Part shown: positions 57,995 to 64,000 of the stretch, one piece after another
Position numbering within the stretch: position 1 is the stretch's first letter
Layout: each line of letters begins with the position of its first letter
Source: Bacteroidota bacterium
GTDB taxonomy: Bacteria > Bacteroidota > Bacteroidia > Bacteroidales > FEN-979
Reading direction: 5' to 3'
NCBI GenBank assembly: GCA_026391735.1
Contig: JAPLDL010000022.1
Span: 262,825-326,824 of the forward strand
DNA: 64,000 nucleotides
Notes under the pieces: model-generated
Seen by the model: only the letters and a program-made list of their open reading frames with translations
What the model was told of the DNA's origin: nothing
The model's database searches: none
Program-made: the position numbers and the translations under genes

Positions 57995-59191
57995 ATGTCA
58001 TTACAAATCCAAGATACCATGTTCGAATCATTATCCCTGTTAAGCCTGCAACAATACTGGTGGCTGATCGTATCCCTTCTGGGCGCCTTGCTGGTATTCC
58101 TTATGTTCGTCCAGGGAGGACAAACACTGATCTATTCGCTCGGAAAATCCGAAGAAGAGCGAAGTCTTCTGGTCAATCTACTCGGCCGGAAATGGGAGCT
58201 TACCTTCACCACACTGGTTACCTTTGGAGGCGCTTTCTTTGCATCCTTCCCCTTATTCTATTCAACCAGTTTTGGAGGAGCCTATTGGGTTTGGATGGCC
58301 ATCCTCATTGCGTTCGTCATCCAGGCGGTTTCCTATGAATACCGCAAAAAGCCCGGAAATTTCCTGGGCCAGAAAACCTTTGAGATATTTCTAGTGCTGA
58401 ACGGGCTTTTAGGAACCCTTCTGTTGGGAACTGCAGTAGCTACTTTCTTCACGGGCTCAGCATTTTCTGTAAATAAGATGAACCTCCTGGACCTTACTTC
58501 AGGAAACATGCCGGTAATTTCCCAATGGAAAGGCCCTGCTCACGGACTTGAAGCCGCGTTGAATCCGGTTAACCTCAGTTTGGGACTTGCTGTCTTCTTT
58601 CTTTCCCGGGTGCTTGCCATCCTTTACTTCATGAACCGGATGGGCCAGGCAGCAATCATGGAACGCTTGAAAAAGCAACTCCTTCATAATGCCATTCCGT
58701 TTCTGGTGTTTTTTCTTGTCTTCGCCGGATGGCTGTTATTGTCAAGTGGTTTCGCAGTGGACCCAAAAACAGGGGTCGTAGGCATGGAACCTTATAAATA
58801 CCTGCATAATCTTATAGCACTGCCCGTCGTTGCAGTTCTTTTTCTGCTTGGAGTCGTTGCAGTTTTACTGGGGATCATCCGTGTGACTTTCTGTTTCGAA
58901 AAATGCCATACCAGGGGGATCTGGGTAAGCGGTATCGGAACTGTCCTCACGGTATGGGCGCTCTTTTTGCTTGCAGGGTTCAACCATACAGCATATTATC
59001 CGTCTACATGGGATCTTCAAAGCTCCCTTACTATTGAGAACAGTTCCTCAAGTCATTACACACTTACAGCTATGAGCTATGTCTCGTTACTGGTGCCTTT
59101 TGTGCTGGCTTATATCTGGTATGTTTGGAGAGCAATGGATAATAAAAAGATCACAACTGAGGAATTGCAATCCGAATCACATGTTTATTAA
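57995..59191 (+). CDS. cydB: Cytochrome bd ubiquinol oxidase subunit II
   Basis: 398-aa polytopic protein immediately after cydA, with CydB-like features (WW.IVSLLGALLVFLMFV.GGQ). Confidence 0.88.
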   Translation: MSLQIQDTMFESLSLLSLQQYWWLIVSLLGALLVFLMFVQGGQTLIYSLGKSEEERSLLVNLLGRKWELTFTTLVTFGGAFFASFPLFYSTSFGGAYWVWMAILIAFVIQAVSYEYRKKPGNFLGQKTFEIFLVLNGLLGTLLLGTAVATFFTGSAFSVNKMNLLDLTSGNMPVISQWKGPAHGLEAALNPVNLSLGLAVFFLSRVLAILYFMNRMGQAAIMERLKKQLLHNAIPFLVFFLVFAGWLLLSSGFAVDPKTGVVGMEPYKYLHNLIALPVVAVLFLLGVVAVLLGIIRVTFCFEKCHTRGIWVSGIGTVLTVWALFLLAGFNHTAYYPSTWDLQSSLTIENSSSSHYTLTAMSYVSLLVPFVLAYIWYVWRAMDNKKITTEELQSESHVY

Positions 59192-59211
59192 ACGATCAAC
59201 CCTGGTCTGAT

Positions 59212-59634
59212 CTATTGCAGTGCTTTCTCGATCTCCACTTTCAATCCCGATCTGAAGCGGTCGGGATTGCTTTGTCCATAATCGAAGGCAAATTTCGTAA
59301 GGTCATTTTTGGTTTCCTTGCCATTCCTTAGTTTCACCACGTATAATGCCTGAGCATTGATTTCAAACCGGGCTACGGTTTTAGCCAGGGATTTGTCATC
59401 GGTATTGATGACCTGGAATTTTATTTTGCCTTCCTTCACTTCTTTGGCAAAACTACCTTGTATGAGTTTGATTAGGTTTTGTTCTATGGACTGGTCTATT
59501 GGGCAGCGTTCTGACGGGTGGAAGTAATATACTTCGGCCAGAGGTTTCCCTTCAAGGGATTTGACCTGTGCAAATCCGTCGAAAAACCCAGTGAATAACA
59601 GAAAAAATGATACGAGCAGCGATGTTTTTATCAT
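59212..59634 (-). CDS. Secreted small protein of unknown function (possibly the ArsF-named family seen next to thioredoxins)
   Basis: Signal peptide and a single Cys in HPSERCPIDQ. It lies 5 nt downstream of the thioredoxin gene. The family name is from memory and unverified. Confidence 0.4.
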   Translation of the reverse strand: MIKTSLLVSFFLLFTGFFDGFAQVKSLEGKPLAEVYYFHPSERCPIDQSIEQNLIKLIQGSFAKEVKEGKIKFQVINTDDKSLAKTVARFEINAQALYVVKLRNGKETKNDLTKFAFDYGQSNPDRFRSGLKVEIEKALQ

Positions 59635-59639
59635 AAAGC

Positions 59640-60065
59640 TTATAAATTGTACCTGCGGTCAAATTCTTTTAATAAATAGTCTCTGGATTTAACCCCGACT
59701 ATCCGTTTAACTTCTTTCCCATTCTGGAATAAGATCATGGTTGGGATGCTTCTGATGCCAAATTTAGCGGCTGTAGCTTTTTGTTCATCCACATTGACTT
59801 TAGCGATGGTCACTTTATCGCCGGTTTCTTCGGCTACTTCATTAAGAACCGGGATCATCATTTTGCAGGGCATGCACCAGGAAGCCCAGAAATCGACCAG
59901 GACAAGTCCCGTTTTGATTTTATTCTGGAAATTCTGGTCAGTCAACTCCTTAACTTTTTCGCTGGATTTCACATCCTTCAGGCTTTTCATTTTTTGCCTG
60001 GCATTAAAGATAAGAATTCCTATAAGAACCACCAGGGCTGCAAGTATACTTATCGTAATCCACAT
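59640..60065 (-). CDS. Membrane-anchored thioredoxin
   Basis: N-terminal TM helix, then the thioredoxin fold with active site WASWCMPCK (WCxPC) and cis-Pro context RSIPTMILF. Confidence 0.88.
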   Translation of the reverse strand: MWITISILAALVVLIGILIFNARQKMKSLKDVKSSEKVKELTDQNFQNKIKTGLVLVDFWASWCMPCKMMIPVLNEVAEETGDKVTIAKVNVDEQKATAAKFGIRSIPTMILFQNGKEVKRIVGVKSRDYLLKEFDRRYNL

Positions 60066-60084
60066 ACATTAAAAATTTATGCAG

Positions 60085-60092
60085 CAAAGGTA
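60085..60092 (-). promoter_or_regulatory. Possible -7 box (TACCTTTG) for the thioredoxin operon
   Basis: The minus strand reads TACCTTTG (TAnnTTTG) 20 nt upstream of the ATG. Confidence 0.3.
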
Positions 60093-60110
60093 AGAATAAA
60101 AATTCAATTA

Positions 60111-60134
60111 GTGATAATTAGGCGATTTAAAAAT
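60111..60134 (-). promoter_or_regulatory. Conserved upstream motif, copy 2 (minus strand ATTTTTAAATCGCCTAATTATCAC)
   Basis: Identical at 23 of 24 nt to 51353-51376. It lies 46-69 nt upstream of the thioredoxin start. Confidence 0.5.
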
Positions 60135-60179
60135 AATACAATCAGGTCTGGATTCCTCAGATGTACCTAAGTTATCAAA

Positions 60180-61676
60180 TTAATGTGAAACAATAATTTT
60201 ACGTACATCAGTTATCCCGTCAACATTCAGGTAACACAGATAAGTTCCGGGAGCGACTCTTGAGGTATAGAACTCGGCTTTATACTCTCCAGCCTGCAAA
60301 ATATTATTTACAAGGGTTGTTATGGTTTTCCCGTTCATATCAAGAATATCGATTTTAACTTTACCTGATGTGCTAATATGGTATGGGATATTGGTCATGA
60401 ATGATGCTGGGTTCGGATAATTCACCAGTAGTTTGTTGTCGGATGGGATATTCCCATTCACCGGTTTAATTCCCAGTGGGTTATAGCCGTGCGGACCGGG
60501 TGCGGCAGGAGTATAGCCATGACAAACGGAGCATGTTTTAAGGGTACCGGCGAAACCCTGGAGGGCTATGTTCTGAACATTATCTTCGGGCCTTTCGGAT
60601 GGCAAAATCGCATGGGGCGAACTATGGCAGCTGCTGCAGAACAATCCGCCATGGCCTTTCGACTGGCGGAACAGTTTGCCCGGTTCTTCTGCATAATTTG
60701 ATCCATGGCAGGAAACCGCTCCGCAGGAAGGTTCCTGAAGCCAGGGATTTCTCCCACTTGCGATGGTATTACCTACATTGGCAACGCTTCCGTGGCAATT
60801 CTGGCATTTGCTGACGGTACCTCCGGCTGCCCCTGCAGAATGCATTGTATCGCGCCAGCATTGTGTGTTGGGCCCTGGATGACACTTATAACAGTCTGCG
60901 ATCGTTCCGGTATTGATAAAGCTTCCATGTTTCTGGTGAATGGCCTGGGAAAAAGGAGGAGTTCCTGCATGGCCTGGTGTGCCCAGTGCATTGTCGGAAT
61001 GGCAGGTAGCGCAAAGGATGGGCTTGTTGGCAATATTGAAACCCGTAACAGATTCATGGGCCTGCAAAATTGCCATCTCGCTGGAATGGCAGCCCGAACT
61101 TACACAACTTATTTCATGAGATATGGGGATGACGCTCTGGGTGGAAGCCAGTTGGGTTCCTGTCGAAGTGTAGGCTTTAATCAGTGTAAGCTGGTAGGGA
61201 GTAGATGTAGTAGGGGTTGCATCAGGAAATGCAGTGATCGGTATCCCCGTGGCATAATGATAATTCATCGTATCGGCATTCAGCATGGTCCCGGTCAGGC
61301 CAAACCCTGCCAGACCCATGTTTGGCGCCAGTGTAACGCCGAAAAGATGCAGGGAATAAGTCCAGAAGTTTGTTTTTCCAACAGAATAGGTATTGCCTGG
61401 TATTTCATAGGTCACATAAATTCCGCTTGAATGAGGCATTATCGTCGGCAGGTTTGAAGCATCTCCTTTCAATATGACGTGAGCTTTCTGATTATTATAC
61501 GGAGGCAGGATACACATATTGGAAAAGTCCAGGTTTGCGCAGTGCATACCCAGGTCGTTCCAGGCAATGACAAGGTACTGATCCGTTTCGGGGTTGGCGG
61601 GTTTCACAGGTCTGAAAGAAACCAGGATCAAAGGAATAACAATTCCGATGATCAGTAATGCGAATAACTTTTTCAT
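60180..61676 (-). CDS. Multihaem c-type cytochrome with a T9SS C-terminal sorting domain
   Basis: Five CxxCH motifs (CATCH, CYKCH, CQNCH, CSSCH, CSVCH) plus two Cx4CH (CVSSGCH, CGAVSCH). There is an N-terminal signal anchor. The last roughly 80 aa (LVNYPNPA...GKVKIDILDMNGKTITTL...GEYKAEF...GTYLCYLNVDG...) match the Por/T9SS CTD pattern. The start is set at MKKLFALL; the track ORF extends to 61703. Confidence 0.8.
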   Translation of the reverse strand: MKKLFALLIIGIVIPLILVSFRPVKPANPETDQYLVIAWNDLGMHCANLDFSNMCILPPYNNQKAHVILKGDASNLPTIMPHSSGIYVTYEIPGNTYSVGKTNFWTYSLHLFGVTLAPNMGLAGFGLTGTMLNADTMNYHYATGIPITAFPDATPTTSTPYQLTLIKAYTSTGTQLASTQSVIPISHEISCVSSGCHSSEMAILQAHESVTGFNIANKPILCATCHSDNALGTPGHAGTPPFSQAIHQKHGSFINTGTIADCYKCHPGPNTQCWRDTMHSAGAAGGTVSKCQNCHGSVANVGNTIASGRNPWLQEPSCGAVSCHGSNYAEEPGKLFRQSKGHGGLFCSSCHSSPHAILPSERPEDNVQNIALQGFAGTLKTCSVCHGYTPAAPGPHGYNPLGIKPVNGNIPSDNKLLVNYPNPASFMTNIPYHISTSGKVKIDILDMNGKTITTLVNNILQAGEYKAEFYTSRVAPGTYLCYLNVDGITDVRKIIVSH

Positions 61677-61699
61677 GTCATGGTGTTTTATGAAATATC

Positions 61700-62965
61700 T
61701 CACTGTTTCCCGAATTTCCCGAGCAAATCCTTTACTGCATCTTTATGCACAAGGAAATCCATCATCTTCAATTTAAGGTAATCTGCGCGGAAGAAATAAT
61801 AACCAAACTCTGGGGCTGCCTCATCATGATTCCTTGAACCTGATCCCGAGTCCTTGATCAGATACCAGCCGGTCCCGTCTTTTTCGTAAAATCCAACCAG
61901 GTGCATCCCGTGGTCATCGGTGGTTGTTCCGTTTGAAAACCTGAACTGACGTGCATTATCATCGATATCTTCTGAAGGGATATCGAAGGTGGGAATAATG
62001 GCCACCTGCGCCTCACGGCTGAATCCTGCTTCGGAGACGTCGCCTCCGATCACCATGGTGTAATGATTTTTAATGGCATTTTTAAGGGCATTCATGAAAT
62101 CTTCCAGGGGCACGTTATAATAATCCCTGCTATGCCACCAGTTATCGGGTACTTCATATTCTACCTTTTCCCAGAAGGGTTTCTGCAGATACGAAAGAAC
62201 ATCGACGTAATCATCCATCTGCAGCTTCAGTACCGACGAAAGGAATTCTTTGGGTGTATAACGTATCCCTTTCCATTCAATGGATTCGGGAGGAATGCCC
62301 ATGTAATGGTTCATAATGCTTTTAACCGTTGATATAACCTGAGCTTCATCCCAGGCGTTGGTATTTTTGACATTATCCATATACTGGCTGAGTTCTTTGA
62401 ACATTTTTGAATGCGAGTAGAACTTACGGCCGGGTTCCATTCCGGAATATGCCTCCCTCGGGACGATGCCGTATTTCTTAAAATCACGGATCACGGCATT
62501 GGCTTCAGAACCTTCCGAAAAAGCAGAATTGCCGCGTTCCGAAACAAAACGCTTGGCCCGTTCCACGTATTCCCAGTATACGGTATACATCTCAGAGAGC
62601 TTGACTTCCTGTTTGGTCAGCCGGTGGACCTCAGATTCGAAAAAAGAGGTCGTTGAAAAACACCAACACGTATTTGTGTTTCCCTGGGATACAGGAGGGA
62701 GGTGCCATTCTTTCTGGTACAGGTTGATTTTGTTAGGCCAGGTCATCCCCGAGAGATCTGCCTGGAATCGTTTTTCTGTTTTAGCGGGCAGAATACTGTC
62801 ATCCACTGCCCGGATATCCTTCATGATGGTATTCTGAAAATAACCAGGTTTCCCTTCCTTCATAATCGCCGGGGTCCTGGGCTGCTGGGCATATGATGCA
62901 GCTGCGATTATAAAAGTTAACGTTGCAAGAATGACTTTTTTCATGAGTAAGAATTTTTTTTGCAA
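61700..62965 (-). CDS. C1-family cysteine peptidase (aminopeptidase C / bleomycin-hydrolase-like)
   Basis: Signal peptide, catalytic Cys context QGNTNTCWCFSTTSFFESE, and a downstream H (DDHGMHLVG) typical of papain-like C1B enzymes. Confidence 0.8.
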   Translation of the reverse strand: MQKKFLLMKKVILATLTFIIAAASYAQQPRTPAIMKEGKPGYFQNTIMKDIRAVDDSILPAKTEKRFQADLSGMTWPNKINLYQKEWHLPPVSQGNTNTCWCFSTTSFFESEVHRLTKQEVKLSEMYTVYWEYVERAKRFVSERGNSAFSEGSEANAVIRDFKKYGIVPREAYSGMEPGRKFYSHSKMFKELSQYMDNVKNTNAWDEAQVISTVKSIMNHYMGIPPESIEWKGIRYTPKEFLSSVLKLQMDDYVDVLSYLQKPFWEKVEYEVPDNWWHSRDYYNVPLEDFMNALKNAIKNHYTMVIGGDVSEAGFSREAQVAIIPTFDIPSEDIDDNARQFRFSNGTTTDDHGMHLVGFYEKDGTGWYLIKDSGSGSRNHDEAAPEFGYYFFRADYLKLKMMDFLVHKDAVKDLLGKFGKQ

Positions 62966-63062
62966 ATTACTGGAAAAATTGGACTAATCCATAGGGTATT
63001 TCCCTTTTGAAGGATCTTATAGATATAAGCACTCAAAAATATTGAATTAAATAACCTCAGCC

Positions 63063-64000
63063 ATGAAGAAAATCAATGAGACCCTGATCCGCTTTGGAAT
63101 CATATTCCTGCTATTTGCCTTAAGCGGTGCAACTTTGGCACAAAGTTCCTTTGTAACTGTTAATGGAATCCTCAAGGATGCCAAGACCGGGGAAAAACTA
63201 AGTTATGCTGCAATCACTGTCCCCAATACGGGTATCGGAACAGTTTCAAACTCCGACGGGGAATTCACTTTAAAAGTAAATTCATCGCTCAATGCCGAAT
63301 TTTTTGAAGTATCTCACCTGGGTTATGCAACAGCAAGGTTTAAAATCAGTGAAGCGGCGGGGCAGGAAAAAACATACTCTATGGATACCCAGCCCATCAA
63401 ATTGCAGGAGATCTCCGTTGTGCCAAAAGATGCCCGTGAAATCGTGGAGGCGGCAATCCAGAGCATTAAAAAGAATTACAGCCAGGTGCCAAACATGATG
63501 AACGCTTTCTACCGTGAATCCATCAGGCAGCGCCGTACCTATCTTTCAATCTCCGAAGCTGTTGTAGATATTTATAAAGCTCCCTATTCAGGTCTTCAAA
63601 ACGACAAGGTGAAAATTTTCAAAGGCCGCAAGGGCTCCAATGTGAAACGGGCCGATACCCTGATGGTTCAGCTTCAGGGTGGTCCGCATGTTTCAATGCT
63701 GCTTGATATTGTCAAAAATACCGACCTTAGTATAGCATTAAATAACCTTGATAATTACAAATTTGAATTCGGGACGATTGTAAATATTGATAATAAGCTG
63801 AACTGGGTAATCAATTTCTCACCCGATGTCGTTAAAGAAGAACCTCTTTATTTTGGAAAGCTTTACATTGAGCAGGACAACATGGCAATTACCCGGGCTG
63901 AATTCAGCCTTGACCTCAGTGATGAAGACAAGGCATCCCGTTTTTTTGTTCAAAGAAAACCTATGAGTTTGGTCTTTACGCCGACTTCGACAGGATACCT
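63063..64000 (+). CDS. Carboxypeptidase-regulatory-like domain protein (3' end outside the window)
   Basis: My own translation from ATG 63063 stays open to the window end. It has a signal peptide, then VNGILKDAKTGEKLSYAAITVPNTGIGTVSNSDGEFTLKV (CarboxypepD_reg-like motif). It is not in the ORF track because there is no stop in the window. Confidence 0.7.
   Translation, partial: MKKINETLIRFGIIFLLFALSGATLAQSSFVTVNGILKDAKTGEKLSYAAITVPNTGIGTVSNSDGEFTLKVNSSLNAEFFEVSHLGYATARFKISEAAGQEKTYSMDTQPIKLQEISVVPKDAREIVEAAIQSIKKNYSQVPNMMNAFYRESIRQRRTYLSISEAVVDIYKAPYSGLQNDKVKIFKGRKGSNVKRADTLMVQLQGGPHVSMLLDIVKNTDLSIALNNLDNYKFEFGTIVNIDNKLNWVINFSPDVVKEEPLYFGKLYIEQDNMAITRAEFSLDLSDEDKASRFFVQRKPMSLVFTPTSTGY

Noticed and set aside
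60705-61430. 241-aa + strand ORF
   Set aside because: It is antisense to the multihaem cytochrome gene. The Cys/Gly-rich translation is a by-product of the CxxCH-rich opposite strand.

Overview
The window looks like a Bacteroidota chromosome segment. Supporting signs are a T9SS-type C-terminal sorting domain, an LruC-domain lipoprotein, TonB/TolC/RND content and TAnnTTTG-like -7 boxes. Positions 1 to about 17.4 kb are the integrase-proximal arm of a tailed prophage, inserted next to the 3' end of an initiator tRNA-fMet gene; the other prophage end lies outside the window. This arm carries a translationally coupled lysis cassette (holin-like, GH108 endolysin, spanin-like lipoprotein with C-terminal TM). 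It also carries a two-gene insert bracketed by terminators, an 1181-aa tape measure, tail-region ORFs and a tyrosine integrase. The main finding is a complete diversity-generating retroelement (DGR) in the tail module: a 740-aa target gene with a C-terminal VR, avd, TR, a structured spacer and the RT. TR and VR differ at 21 positions, all at TR adenines. Positions 17.5-64 kb are host genes: era, der, an S4-domain protein, TonB, two PAS hybrid histidine kinases, dtd, pdxJ, an M19 dipeptidase, an adenosine-deaminase-family protein, an ABCG-like transporter, and an SBP / Cache kinase / REC-PP2C module. They continue with a KamA-type radical SAM gene plus two ATP-grasp ligases near a GNAT, PspC/LiaF-like genes, tatC, a TolC-MFP-RND efflux operon, OsmC, an LruC protein, cydAB, a membrane-anchored thioredoxin, a multihaem cytochrome c with a T9SS sorting domain, and a C1 peptidase. 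Other observations include a near-identical 24-26 nt motif upstream of two redox-stress operons, an interleaved (pseudoknot-type) inverted-repeat element next to the integrase module, and cydAB translationally coupled to a PAS kinase. No CRISPR array, rRNA or IS element was seen. All functional calls rest on recognised motifs and gene order only; no database search was possible.
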